A program made the position numbers and the translations under genes. The notes below the pieces were generated by a model. It was not told the origin of the DNA. It saw only the letters and a program-made list of their open reading frames with translations, and made no database searches. Source: Paragordius varius (taxonomy: Eukaryota; Animalia; Nematomorpha). From it: a stretch of 64,000 nt of DNA. Position 1 is the stretch's first letter. Every line of letters starts with the position of its first letter. The stretch is taken from assembly GCA_964247055.1 (NCBI GenBank), contig OZ176057.1, positions 2,542,001 to 2,606,000 of the forward strand, written 5' to 3'. Shown here one piece after another: positions 13,803-28,122 of the stretch.

Positions 13803-15307
13803 TTATGCAAAGTATGCATAAAATTCTTTGGCCAAATTAAGCGTCTTAAAGCGTAAGAGATATGTTGTTGGGCTTGGTTCACCGGCAATGACTATCATTA
13901 CACTATTCTTTCCTAAAATATATATTTATGTAAAATATTAAAACAAAATAATCAAATTTTCTAATACTTATAAATAAGCAAACAAAAAATAACCTTCGGT
14001 AAGGGTTACAGGTGTTTTCGCTTTAGCTACTATACTATTTAAGATGACAGTTCCAGAAGCATTTGCGGCCCGTATCAAAAGTTGGTATTTAGAGTCAACG
14101 GGCGTATTGATTATATTATCGTTTTCAGTGCTTTTTATGTAACAAAATCCAACTCCTATAAAAAGAAGATTAATATAATTAAGAGAAACAATAAATGTTT
14201 ATAAACCCGTATTTTAGAAAAAAATATTTATAAAATTTAACCATATTTTACGGATATTAATATAAAGTCGATTTCTCTTCCAATATTTAATGAATTTCTC
14301 TGGTTAAAACAAAATTTGAAACATTATATACCAAGTAAATAGGTTAAAAACCCCAAAAATATGGTTGTTAAAATATTTTTAGTTACCTATATCTTTAAAA
14401 GCGGATTGTTCCTTTCGGTAAAGTTTACATTTATTGACCCATAAACAATTTGATTCCTGGAATTGAGGTTCATCTGCATCATTGGTTGTCATGACAACCA
14501 TATTATCGCCCGCAGACGATTCCACTTCATCCTTTTCATCATTGTTCTCGTCAGAATTTGTAATCACAGGATTATTTTTGGGCGTTTGGGGTGTAAACGA
14601 AAATTGAAATTTTGATAAACTATTATCATTATTGTATGAACCAGCCTTCAAATTTGGTTTTGAATCTGTAGATATGGGTTTAAACGAAAATGTTTGTAAT
14701 GGAGTTGATATAGCAATCGAACATTGATTATTTAACAAATTTTGGGTATTTGTATTATCTTGCGAATGATGCGTTATATTAACATGTTTAGGAGAGGTAT
14801 GAAAACCATTTATACCTGATAAGGTAAATGGTTTAAATTCCAAAGATTTTGTTTTAGTTTCAATCTGTAAATCTAGTTTTAATTGATTATTTTGTTGGCT
14901 GTAATCATTAAATATGGGCGTAAGATCACATTGCGGATTAACATCCAAAACTTTATTTACCCAATTAACAAACATTTTGTTAAGATGTGAAAGTGAGGCA
15001 AGATAATAAATTTCAATGTCTTTTTGAGATTCAAAATATGTGTCCTTTACTAATTTACCATTAATATAAATGCGTTTGTTATCAGGTTCGGGTTTTATCT
15101 TACTAATAGGTGTGCTTTTATTTACAGGGGTGTTTGGGCCACTACTCAAACGCTTTGCTTTTATTATTTTCCGCTTTGATATGTCCTCCGTTGAATCATT
15201 AAAATTTTGTTCAATATCTAATGTTATCACATAATACCTTCCTCGGAACTAATTTCATCCCAATTATCTTTGGTTTTTTGAGTTAGCGCTCTACGTTTAG
15301 CTGACAT
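13803..15307 (-). CDS. NUP50: Nucleoporin Nup50, 390 aa. Exons 15307-15238, 15217-14387, 14155-13994, 13912-13803
   Basis: N-terminus MSAKRRALTQKTKDNWDE...KRKIIKAKR; conserved FVNWVNKVLDVNPQCDLTPIFNDY; C-terminal Ran-binding domain (KCKLYRK...DIG^GVGFCYIK...YQLLIRAANASGTVILN...G^KNSVMI...YLLRFKT). All introns are GT-AG and phase 1 (20, 231 and 81 nt). Confidence 0.93.
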
Positions 15308-18300
15308 ATCTAGCAAAATGTTTGCATATGATTTATATTCATCAGATAGCCATAAATTGATAAAAAATATTTCTGGGGGATTCTCTTTTGAGTTATTTGT
15401 CGAATATATATAATAATTTACATTTTATCCTAAAAATGACTCAAATACTACTTTATTAATAAACTCTAAGACAAATATTTAGACATGCAATTTGTACATG
15501 AAATAACATTTGGATACAACACATTCATTTTTAGTACTTTGATCCAAATTGGGCTAGTTAAATACCCCAGGCCTTAAAATTAAATTTTTTACAAAATATG
15601 GAAATACACCATGGTAAAATTTTGCACTTATATATCATAAATAAACCTAAATATAAAAAAAAATTATTCAAAAATATTTTATATTATTATAAGCTAAAAC
15701 CGAAAGTTAAAAATTTAGTCAACGTGATATGTGTGCAATGATAAAATTAAAAATAATACAAAATGAACCGCTTTCTCTATATCTATCAATGTTAAATGTA
15801 ATATAAATATAAAAATTAGCTTTAATTTTACCCTAAAAATTAAATGAAGACGACATTTTGCAAAATAAAATATAAATGGCATCGAAGTAGTTTGACATGG
15901 AACTTTTTTTAAAAAAAGATATTTTGGCATATTTTATAAATTTAATAGTATAGAATCATAAATTTAAGTTTGAACCGTTTCATTCAGTAGTTATTTTAAC
16001 TCAAATTTATTCAGGCGTATTTAAATAACCCCAATTTTAATCGGATTATTAATATATATTTGACCATTTTTCAGGTATTCTATAAGAAAAGTTGTTAAAC
16101 ACAATAAATTTTTAAAACATCATATAAAATGAAATTTATGCCATATAACAAGAACATCTTTCCCTTCTAAAAGTATTTTTTGTTTGAGGCTTATTTACGC
16201 GGTGTACCACAGGGTGATTTTATATTCTTATTTAAATGACATAGGTATTTAACCAAATTTATAATAAGATGCTTTATAACTTTTGCTCTTACTTCAAAAA
16301 CATTTTTAACACTTGATTCAAATTGGGGTATCTAAATACTCAGATAAAATTTGAGTCAGGACTTGTAAAAAACTACTGAAGGAAACGGTCTTAATTTAAA
16401 TTTATGCTTTTATCTTAATAAAAATTATATAAATATGCCAAAACATCTATATAAAATTTTGTTTTGAAAAAAAAGTTCCATGTCAAACTTTTTCGATGCC
16501 ATTTTTACTTTACCAAATTTTTGCAAAATATCGTCTTCATTTAATTTTTAGGGTAAAATTAAAGCTAATTTTTTATTTAAATTACATTTAACATTGATAG
16601 AAATAGAGAAAGCGGTTTATTTTGTATTATTTTTCAATTTTATCATTGACACATGTCACGATGACGAAATTTTTACCTTTCGGTTTGAGCTTAAAATATG
16701 TCAATATTTTTGAATAAAATTTTTATATATTTCGGTTTATTAATGTTATATAAGTGCAAAATTTTGCCATGGCTTCGATTCCTTCCATATTTATTAAAAT
16801 TTAGTTCTAAAGAGGCCTGGGGTATATAACTACCCCAATTTGAATCAAAGGACTAAAATGAATGTGTTGTATACAAATGTTAAAAATGTAAAATTATAAA
16901 TAATAATCCTTGTTAATTATTTATATGGATATGTATGAAATTGTATTTACTACAAATTATATTTTATATGACATTATAAATATTTATATGGATTATTTAT
17001 ATGATATTGTATCTAATATATATAGTATTCTAATTTACTTATTGTAAACTATCCTTGCTAAAATATATATATACACCTATACAATCACAAAGGAATCACT
17101 TATAAAATGAAATAAATTCTATTTTATTATATTAAATTTGTTCAATCTTATCACTTGGATACATATATATTTCTGTCTTCTAACATGGATCTTTTGAGAA
17201 CCCAAACCTGTTAAAATATGGAGCAAATAAAAACTATTGTAAAAAAATGCATATATTACATTAATGAAATACAAAGAAGTTGAGCATCAAAGTAAGTGTC
17301 ACATGTCATGTGTGCATTATCTAAATATAAAAAGAATGCAAATTAACCAATTTTTCTGCTTACAGCAATCTTAGACTTAAATGAAAATAACTTCAATTTT
17401 AGCGTTGAATCAAATGAATACTATTTTGAAAAAAATTGTGAAATAAAATGGCGTCGAACTAGTTTGATATGGAACCTTTTTCAAAAACCAAATTATTTGG
17501 ATATTTTGTCCTGTGCCTAAATTTAAATTAAAACCGTTTGTTTTAATAATTTTGAAAATATGAACTTAAGTTGGTCTGAGTGTCCCAGATCCCCCAATTT
17601 GAACAAAGTGTTAGACTTTTTTAGGGCCATTTTTTCTAAATTATTTGAATCGCTAATATACAGGCAAAATATATATTGTAATTAACACTTATGCCCTTTG
17701 GGGGTAGTATTATATCCCAGAGCAATTTGAAATTAAATATCTTAGTATTTAAGATGTTAAGCCGAATTAGAGTTTTAAGCGCAGTAAAATTGTGAAAAAA
17801 TCATCATATTAAACTTCTTTGACGCCATTTTTGTTTTTGAACTTTTTATTGCAAGTGCAAGAGGCAAATATTTACATATTATGGTTAGAAAATGTAAACA
17901 ATTAATTTTTGAAAGTTCTCAGGTTTTACCAGCAAAATTGATGCTTATTAATTTTAATATCTGGTTATGTTTCGGAGCTGTCAATATCAGACTCTACAAG
18001 TCACAAATAAATATAAAAGTTTGTCTAATACATAAAAACAATATTTGATAATTTTAATAAAAATAACTGTAAAAACACTAGTTTTCAACATTGATATGAG
18101 ATTTAAACCATCCCAATATGTCAGCGCGCACAAAAAAATGAATACGTCATGAGGTGTTAGATGAACAATGAAGTTCAGAAATCAGAATTATATTTTAACA
18201 GTTGAATTTTATAAAGTTATTGTTACCTGGTTTGAAATCATTTGATTTTAAACTATAGAAGTTAAGAAAGTGTAAAAATTATGAGCTTTACATAAGAAAT

Positions 18301-18459
18301 ATTTAATGATTAAATCCTAACCACTAGAACTTTGTAAACAGTAGTTTATTGGGTTTGAACGCTTGTGCATAAAATTCAACCTAAATGCAATAGTCCATAA
18401 AAAAATGAGGTGATAATAGATACCATGTATAATTTAAATTTAAAACTATCTAAATTGCC

Positions 18460-18955
18460 ATCGCAAAGGCAGTTATCAAATATAATAAGGTTTAATGACA
18501 TCAAACCAAAAACCAACCAAAGTTAGATTAATCAAGGCAACAGTTTTCCCCACATGAGGGGGGGGGAGCTGTACACTAAAAAAATATGAAAAACGACTAA
18601 TAAATTCTTTCGAATTTGGAGGAAACTTCTCCAAATATGAACAGGCAAAATTTCTACGCCACTATTTTAAATAAAATTAATCTGGAAATGTCACTTTTAG
18701 GCAGCCTAATACGGCAAAAACTATCCATTTAGGGCCACATAATGAGATCTAACTCACTTGAAAAGTCACTGATGCTGAAAGTGAGTGGTGCACGTAAAAG
18801 AGGGAGAAGACGAACTCGTTGGATGGATAACACCCTCAAAGAAATCAACCAATCATTATCCGAACTATAGGCTAGATCCGGTATTCGCATTGAATGGAGA
18901 AGTTATATTCTCAATGTTGCAGTTAGTCGGAATCGACCTTGGCAATAACAACACT
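18460..18955 (+). mobile_element. Decayed 3' fragment of an RTE-type LINE
   Basis: IRQKLSI*GHIMRSNSLEKSLMLKVSGARKRGRRRTRWMD parallels the 52677 ORF. It carries stops and frameshifts and ends in CAATAACAACAC. Confidence 0.8.
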
Positions 18956-21274
18956 ATATAATAAAGCTTGTTTCAAAAGTATGATTATCAATATATAAAA
19001 TTCAATTGGGTAAAAAGCCTTCATTTTACAGTTTTCAAAGATCTAAAGCAGGTTTGCTTATCATACTTTAGGTTGTGCCATCGTTTACGCTCTGATTTTT
19101 TCATTTGTGACTTATACAGTGTGCACAAAATGAGATGATATAAAAAGCACCTGATGAAATTCTGAAAGATTAAAGTGTAAGAATTCATTTGGTTTTATGC
19201 GTTATAGTTATATAGGACAAAAAACTTTTAATTTTTTTAATCCAAATTGAGATAACTGAACGTGATTAAACGAACGGCTGATATTTAAGTTGATAAATAT
19301 CAAAAATGGTAAATTTAATTAAAAAGATTATTAAAGTTAATTATTTATTTTCCATAAAAGACAATGTGACTTTTATAGTCACGATTTAAAAAAATAAAGA
19401 AAAAAAACGGCGGCGAAAGACATTTTTAAATTTTTTCATGTATCTTGCTCCTAAAATGATTTTAAATATCCTAATGGCAAAATTATTTTTTAAGATATTT
19501 AAATTTCAAAAGACCCTATGTAAAACTACCCCAAACGGTCAGCATATGCAAATAGCATAACTTAAACATAAAAAGCAACACAACATTTTGGCAAATTAAT
19601 ATTAGATGTGAGCTCCAAATATCGCAAATTTTTAAACCCGTATAAAACGGGCAAGTTTTCTTAAACTAAACGCGATGAAATCTTTAAATATGTGCTAAAT
19701 TTCGACATCAAGAAAAGTTAAATTGAGAAATTGCTACTTTGTTTAATGTTTATTTTTTACCATAATTTTATTAGAGAATACTTTGGGCGTTTGATGCATG
19801 CAAACGGTAAAAAAAGCTAAAATCCAGTTTTTTATGCAATTTATGTGCTGTAAAAAATTCGATATATTTCTATAAATAGATTTTTATAAAAATTTTCCCA
19901 ATTAGTAGGCCACCAACTTTTAAATTAAAATTTTGGGTAGATAGAAATGGTAAATTTACATCGAAAAGGTGTTTTTTAAAATATTAAAGCGTTTTTTCTA
20001 TTTAATCAAAACTCAAAATCGCAAAAACTGCGTTTCAATAAAATTTTAATAAAAATTAAATTTCAAAGAAATGTATTTTTTAAAATGTTTCTTTCTTTTT
20101 AGATGTCATAATCTACCATATATTAATTATTGTTTTCGTGCGACCTCAGCCATTCCAAAAATCTGAATTCGAACACTACATCTAAATTTTTAAAAATATT
20201 GTTTCGCCTTTAAAGTTTATGATCAATTTTTGATAAGCGTTTAACTTTCACAAAAAAATATTCGATTGCGCATAATTTGTACAAATTTTATTCAGTATAG
20301 ACTGATTTCCACAAAGTGTAATAATATATTTTAAATAATTCCTAAGACCCAAAACCAACATAACCTTGAGAATTCTGATATAATATTTATAAAAAAATAA
20401 ATTTCGCCAAGTTATTTTTATGTGCAGTGTGTATCCCAACTACAGATCCAAGAAATGATTTCGTAACTGTTTAGTCCGATCTCGGATAGAGTTATTACAC
20501 CATTTTAGCTAATTGTACAAAATAATGCGACTTTGCATTAATTCCAAAAAAAACAAAAGTGTTTTTATTCAATTATTTTAACACACTTTTTTTATATTTT
20601 AGTCGAGATTTTTGGCTTCTAAAATGGTGCTTAATGTTAATTTATCCCATTTGACATGATGCCACTACTATTTACATATCAAAACAACTTGAATCCATGA
20701 TATAGCCAAAAAATTAAAGGGCTGCAAAAAATATTTGATCTCGCCCCAAGGGCCATATACCATATAATACCGATAAAAAATAGCTGTGTTAAACATATGA
20801 TTCTTAATTATAATAATAAAAAGTGAAATTATACGGACAAAACTTAAAAATGTAGATACGAATATTTTTATTTAAAAAACAACCATACTTTTTTCTCCAT
20901 TTTTAAAGATATAACTCATTGTTTCCAATTACAAATGATAAAATTAATATGTATATTGGTTACACAATCAATTTTATAAAAACAATTGTAATTAAATAGC
21001 TTGCATAGAAAAAAACTAACGTTTGAAGAAGTATGGTTGACTGTTAGGTAAAAATATTTGTCTTTAAATTTTTACGTTTTGTCCGTATAGTTTCAGTTTT
21101 TACCGTATTACTTAAAATAGAGCTTCCAAATATTCAAAAAATATGGCGCCATAAAAAATCACTCATGCAGCGTGTAAATTGCGGTTTAACTACCACTGGC
21201 TTGTCACCGATTTTATGTTAAAATTTGTTTTAAATTTGATGTTTAAAAGGTAATAAAAAAATTTATTTATATAT

Positions 21275-24200
21275 TTAAGGATAAAGATATGAACGTATCC
21301 AGTTTCCATTTTCATCTTTGCGATATTCGAAAATTCCACGTTTCCATTGATCAGACGACTTTGTCAGCTGATTCTCAGCAGTTTTTTGATCAGCTGTTGT
21401 TTCATCTGGCTTGTTTGGAGTTGTTTGATAACATTCTTTGTTTAAAACGTCAGGGGTTCGATTTGTTTCTATTCCATAAAATAAATTATACGTTTGAAGG
21501 AATATAAAAGAATTAAACATTTTACTTACATAACTTTTGAATACATTTTAGTTATTTTTTGAAATGTATTATATTCAGTAAGAAGCACAATTATAGATCA
21601 TATATCTATTTTAAAAGGCTAAAGGAGTATATTTACATCTTATTTGCTATGTATGAGGTTCTCAATTAATTAAATTTTTAATTAGCACTGTATTTTTTTC
21701 TCCACAATTTTCAAAACGTAATTAAAAAAAACGAATAAGCTCATACATGGCTACACACTTGTAAATTAAATAACCTTTACACCATTTAAAATATAGTACA
21801 AGCCTATAATAGTGATCCTTACCATATATCCATGTCTAAATACATTTACAAAATGTTAATACTATACTATTTTAAGGGTTTATTTTATATATTTTTTTGT
21901 TCGATCCATATTTTTTAACAAATCGCAACAAATTAGTTTATTTACCCTTGAAAGCACCCTACTTAATTCCCCAATAATTATTCAAAACTATGGTTTATTT
22001 CATACTTGAAACCATTAAAAGTGTTCGATACTTTGCATACAACAGGAAAAAAGCAATCGTCATAGCTATTGTCAAAAAACCAAAAACCCACACAAATATA
22101 GTAATAATAAGAGTGTTTGAGACGCTGTTTAAATTCCCATTTTGCATTGAATGAACGTTGGAATTATCCATTGATGAGAGGAGCCCATTTTTAGTACTAA
22201 TCTCATTTTTGTAAGGTGCTGCTTTCCAAATTTTATAATTTAAATTTACATCCTTATCTAAACTGTCCCCTGCCTGTGGATTTTGGTGGGGAATTTCAAC
22301 TTTAGTGGTAATTATGTTAGCCTTGTCAAATGAATGTAATGGCCGTTTTTTGTCTAAAAAATGTATAACAATTTACGATCGTTAATTTATTATAGATTCG
22401 AGTTCATCAAATTAAAAAATTAAAAAACCTTTATAGTGGAGATTATCTCTCCTGCTAAAACCGTATGAAAAATTTCATGGCTAATTATCCGAATTTTAAT
22501 ATTACAGTAAAAATATAAATTATACGAACAAAACGTAAAAGTATAAAGACAAATATTTTTATTTAAAAGACATTCCATACTTTTTTAAACTTCATTTTTA
22601 AAAAAATAACTCATTGTTTCCAATTGTGCAAATTATAAAATTTATATGTATATTGTTGACACAATCATTTTTATATAAAACAATTGTAATTAAATAGCTT
22701 ATAAAGAAAAAACTAAAGTTTGAAAAAGTATGATTGTCTTTTGGAAAAAAATATTTGTCTTTATTTTTACGTTTTGTCGTATAATTTCATTTTTACTGTA
22801 AATTTGCTTTGATAAATAAATAATATTTTAATATTATTAAATATTTTGAATAAAAAAAATAATTTCACCAAAAACATGAATTTTAAGGACTTTTATTCAA
22901 TTAATTCAAAAAGGCGTCGTATTTAACGCGGGGTGGAACTTAAGGTGCTGGTAACTTATGAAAACACCTCAAATATAACCGGAAACGCAATTAATAAAAT
23001 AAATTAATTAAAATAAATCTGCCAGTTCTGTCTAAAAGCCTACATATGCAAAAATTATATACCCATTTCATTATGCTCAATCACATGGTATTGTTTGATA
23101 AGTTTTGGCCTTAAAATTGTCGTATACTCAGGCTCTCTTTGATTTGATGTCACATTTTCAAAATTTTGTGGCTTATTATCCTTATTAAAATTATGGTAAC
23201 AATAGGCATCCCATCTAACGCATGAATAGACACCCTGATATAAATAGCTTAGATTCTTGGAATTTTGTTCCATCGTTCCCAATTCAAATGTTGTAGTTAT
23301 TAGTGTTTCAGATAGTGCGCTTTCTTGCCAAAGGGCCTATTTTGATAGAAAAAAAATTTATTTTTTCATAGTGCGCCCACAAGTGAAAATGAAAAGATTA
23401 AACGTCAACACTAAAGGGCAATATTTTCTAATGGTAACCATATCATTTTTTTAAAAATTGGATTTATTTACAAGAAATATGAGGAATAAAGATGTAAATT
23501 GATCATGTATTGTTTATAATTTCAGAAATTTCAATCATTAGGGCAGGGGTGTCCAAGAAACGACCCGTAAAAAATTTCTGAAATTCATAATTTGTAAAAA
23601 TATAGTCAAAAATTTTTAGTGTTATTGATATTCTCAAACAATTTTCTGAATAAGCCAATTTAATAGACAAAGCACTACCCAAATTTGTTATAATATGTTT
23701 GCATTTTACAGTCTTATGTTTGATAACTAATAATAAAATATTTTACAAATGTCCAAATATATATTTTATGCCGCCCACCGAGTTTTGAGTCGATGTTAGA
23801 CACATCTAATTTAGGTTATGTTTTTGTTGATGTAAATAAAATTTTTAGTATAATTTTTAACATTTTGTCTTTACAAACTTTAAATGGCGTACGAAAACCT
23901 GTTGATATCCCCGTAAAAATCCTTGATGAGTTAAATAAGCTGCAGTGATGTTGGAATTTAGCTTGATAGCAACGGCTAATGGTATATTATTTTGTCTTTC
24001 ATTATTTTCGTTGTGAGCACCCCTAAGCCAATCATCAAAATCAATATCTGATGATAAAAAATCAAGGGAAAAGGGTAAAGTTTTGCCCAAATCTTTTGTA
24101 CCGCTATATGTTGACCAGGAATGTGGCTGGTTATTCAAGTTATTACCTTTATATATCGTATAAATTGAAATTATAATATGGACAAAATTTAAAAGCCAAA

Positions 24201-25318
24201 ACAAATATATTTTTTAATTTTTTGAATAACCTACAGTTTTTCATGGCAAAATAATGGAATAGAGATTTGGTTAAAAACCAAATTTAAATTATATATACCA
24301 TTTATACCTCCGATTTACCCTTGAACAATTCAAATCAATTTAACCCTAAATAAATTATATGTTTTTGGGCTAATATAACTAATTATTAATATAAATATTT
24401 TTTTATGGATTTTTATCTGTATTAAGTTGACAATGAAGTTATATTTTTTTAAAAAAATCTAAAAATATATGATGTGTAATTTTCAAAACATACAATTTAT
24501 TCAAGGGTGAAATGGAAATGTTCAAGGGTAAATTTGAGGTGCGAATGGTATCTAAAAAATGAGCAGACTTAAAAATTGGCTATATATAAAACAGATCTAT
24601 AATTTTTACATTTTATTGCATTATAACTTTAATTATTACAGAATACGTTTATAGTAGAGGTATATTTTGCTAAAATGTTATTAATTATTGCCAAATATAT
24701 TCTGGTCTAATAATAGAGTAAAAGTGAAAAAAATAACTAAAAGCCAATAATACTGCCCTTTGTTGTATATGTTCTTTGGCCATAATAATTACCAACTTTC
24801 TAGCAATGTATATTTTACTCATATACTGTATATTATAAAATATTGTAATCAAAGGCTGTTAGTAAAAATATTTTTATCAATCAAAAATGCTGGTAACTAA
24901 TTGGTTCTAATAAAATTTCTGTGCACATAAAATATACTCGAATAGTCATTCGAATCATGCGTAAAATTTTGCTCAGCACATTTCACAAACCCATAAATGC
25001 CTTCATTAGAATCTTGACACGTGGAAGGACAGTCACCATTTTCGCGAAAACAACTGGCTTAAATATTGTGTTAGATTAGTAAAATTCATTTTTACAATTA
25101 TAAGTATTTCATATATGAAAGCCTTTTCTATAGCCAAGTTTGGATTTGAAAAAAATTAATGGATTATTTAGTTTTACTTTTTAAAGGGCAGAATGCCTCA
25201 TCACTGGAATCGAAACAATCAATTTTGCTGTCACATAATTTTTCCACCGATAAACATTGCGTTGAATTGGTATTTAGGTTAGATGGACATGTAAAATATC
25301 CCACGTTATCTGGACACG
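21275..25318 (-). CDS. Single-pass receptor-like protein: LDLa module + Cys-rich segment + Ig-like motif + TM helix + short tail. Exons 25318-25178, 25057-24938, 24146-23899, 23336-23063, 22353-22006, 21468-21275; 5' end further upstream
   Basis: Exon 25318-25178 encodes CPDNVGYFTCPSN...CLSVEKLCDSKIDCFDSSDEAFC, a canonical LDL receptor class A module. YQGVYSCV resembles the Ig DxGxYxC motif. TM segment TLIITIFVWVFGFLTIAMTIAFFLLYAKYR. All junctions are GT-AG and phase-compatible (1,1,0,1,1). Confidence 0.78.
22505..22798. mobile_element. Tc1/mariner-type MITE family B (~290 bp)
   Basis: TA|CAGTAAAAAT...ATTTTTACTG|TA with long TIRs containing CGGACAAAACGTAAAA. Confidence 0.78.
24298..24548. 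mobile_element. Foldback MITE family A copy (in an intron)
   Basis: TA|CCATTT...GAATGG|TA with the same internal spacer (taaattatatgtttttgggctaatataact). Confidence 0.75.
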
Positions 25319-25747
25319 CTAAATTTTGAAAATTAAAATACGAAAAAAAATATTTAAAAGAGATCTTTTGTATTCAATAAATAATTGCACGCATAGAGAA
25401 TATTTTGGTATTTGTGAAAACTGGGAGTAGTCGATAAAGGAAAAATGAAATAAACCGTTAAGCTCTGTATGAAATATCATTTAATTTAAACAAATATTTA
25501 ATAATATTTACATTAAACCAAGAAACACATTGAACTTTAAATTATATATATATATATATTTCAGTTTTATATAATATTTGAAAAAAGGGACAATAAAATG
25601 ATCAACATATGTGGATTATTTCGAAACATTATTTAATAGCTATGATCTCATAGGAATTATAATACGGTGCATTCATACATTGATTGTTTACTTGAGGGAA
25701 AAATAGATTTAAAAAAATATTTATACGTATGATAGAAACTCCTTACT

Positions 25748-26705
25748 CAGCAGCTATCATTAAAGAAACGCTTGACTAAAATTTTTGCCCTTTAACAGGC
25801 AATACGAAAAAACCTTCTCGAATTTTTAGAGTCACATACCTTGGGCAAAAAAATACAATCAAAAAATTATTTTTGTGGACTTTGTTTTTATTTTGAAAAA
25901 AATGGCATTTTACGGGGGTAGCGGGTAAAAAGAGGGCCTAAATCAAAAAAGTGAGTCGACTATGTTCAGCGCGATCAAAAATAAGTAAACCAAAATTATA
26001 TTTAAAATTGAATGGTCCAACACGTTCTCCAAAAAATTGACTCAACCCATTTTTCACACGGGGTGGGCCCGAACTGGGGACCTAATTCCAAAAAAGGGTA
26101 AAGCTATTGTCGGGGCATTCATTAATGATTATATTTTTTTGATGTTTGGATTTGATTGGGTTCACCGGTTTTCCGGAAACAGATCACAAAGTTACATGAA
26201 ATATCGTTTTTTAGCGGGTAGCTAAGTACCCACCAGCTATCATCATGGAAACGCTTGACTAAAATTTTTGCCTTTCAACAGGGAATACGTGGAATCCATA
26301 TAGAATTTTTACGATCTCATACCTAGGGCGAAAAATCGATTTAAAAAATCATTTTTATGGACTTTGTTTTTTGAAAACAATGGCATTTTACGGGGGTAGG
26401 GGGTAAAAAGAGGGCTAAATCAAAAAAGTGACTCGACTATGTTCGGCGCAATCGAAAATAAGTAAATAAAAATTATATTTGAAATTGAATGGTCCAACAC
26501 GTTCTCCGGAAAATTGTCTCAAAAACACGATTTTTGTGGACTTCTGTTTTCAAAAAAAACCGTTTTTCATACGGGGTGGGCCCGAACTGGGGGCCTATTT
26601 CAAAAAAGGGCGAAGCTATTGTCGGGACATTTATTAATGATTATATTTTTTCGATATTTGGATTTGATTGGGTCTACCGGTTTTCCTGTACCAGATCACA
26701 AACCA
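25748..26705. repeat. Direct tandem duplication, unit ~485 bp (25748-26232 and 26233-~26705)
   Basis: Both units start CAGCTATCAT..GAAACGCTTGACTAAAATTTTTGCC and contain GGGGTGGGCCCGAACTGGGG. ORFs 26037 and 26514 are paralogous. Confidence 0.85.
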
Positions 26706-28122
26706 GCATTTTCCATTTTTATAAATATATAGATTACTGATAAAAAACGAGTAATGTGACAATGTCAAGCGCAATTATATATTTCAATTTATTGTAAGTT
26801 TTTTATATTTTAGTATTAAAAATATTTTTTTTAGTTAAAATAACGCGAGACTATTGAAATGCAGATTTACATTATAAACAAAAAGTAGCATGGTTTCAGG
26901 AAATTTTATTTAAACACTGAAAATATTGGAATCTATTTTACCATTTTTCCTTTCCTCAAATTATTTTAGAAAAAGCGTACGCATTTACCTAACCTATTTT
27001 TGTTTGTCCTATTTGGACGGTTACATACACATTTCAATTTTTGTAATGGAATTTTTGTAATATATAAATTAAAGTTCATGAAAACGAGACGATCAAAAGT
27101 TGAAACAATGATAAAATGATATCTAAATGTTAAAATCTCTTTAATTAAATTTTAAGTTAAAGTGTAGTTTTGAAAAATATTATGACACACATTGAGCAAT
27201 TACAAATGGAATGGTATACCGTTAAATGGAAGGAATCATTTTTGAATCCAATTTAAATTATAACATAGCACCAGTCATAAACTTTTGAATGACTCTATAT
27301 AAAGCATTATATTCTCTTTTTTGAATAAACAAACAATAGAATACTATTTAAACCCAAAAAAACAATTTAAACCCTTTTAAATGCATACTTTTACAACTAA
27401 ACGTTTAAAATCAGTGGCATTCTAAAAGAGGTGTATCCAACACGCGATCATTCAAAAAATTTTTGCGAATTCGAATATAAAAATTTATACTATATTTTAT
27501 AAATTTAAGAAATTATCTAGCTATAGTATAAAATTTATATGTTATATTTTAATAACTAAATTCAAATTTCTATGTTTATGATAAATGTAGGTAAATGAAT
27601 GTTTTAATTTGCCAAGTGAAAGGTACAAAAATTTCATTGAGTCGCCGCAATTTTTTTTACAGTTATATGATTGAAATATAATAAAAAATTTGTTATCCTT
27701 TTTGTTTGATCAATGCTGCCCGCAAAATTTTTCAAGATAAAAATGCGGTTCGCGAAGCGATTTGTGATGGTCACACTTGATCAAAAAATAGATAATTTGA
27801 TTTTTTTGCCATTTTTTAGATTACCTGCATCATAATTTATACCATTATTTTGTGATTGCGCTAAATATATGTTTGAAGTTTTAATTTTTCAGTATAATCA
27901 AAAATTATAACATAAGATCAAGAAATAAATTAAAAGTTTTAAACAATAATTACTAAGGACAACATCAATAGGTCCACTTTAAACACCCTGAGATAATATC
28001 ATCAATCTGTCTCTTCTTGCTAAAATTTTCAACTTTATTTTTGATAAAAAATTATTTTGATATAGCCCATGTTTGGTATTATGATATGTGTGCAGTCAAA
28101 AATTAAGTTACAATATGCTAAC

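Noticed and set aside
23544-23805. hAT-like MITE starting CAGGGGTGTCC (similar ends near 27430-27780 and 30670)
   Set aside because: The right end is degenerate and no clean 8-bp TSD is visible, so it was not called as a feature.
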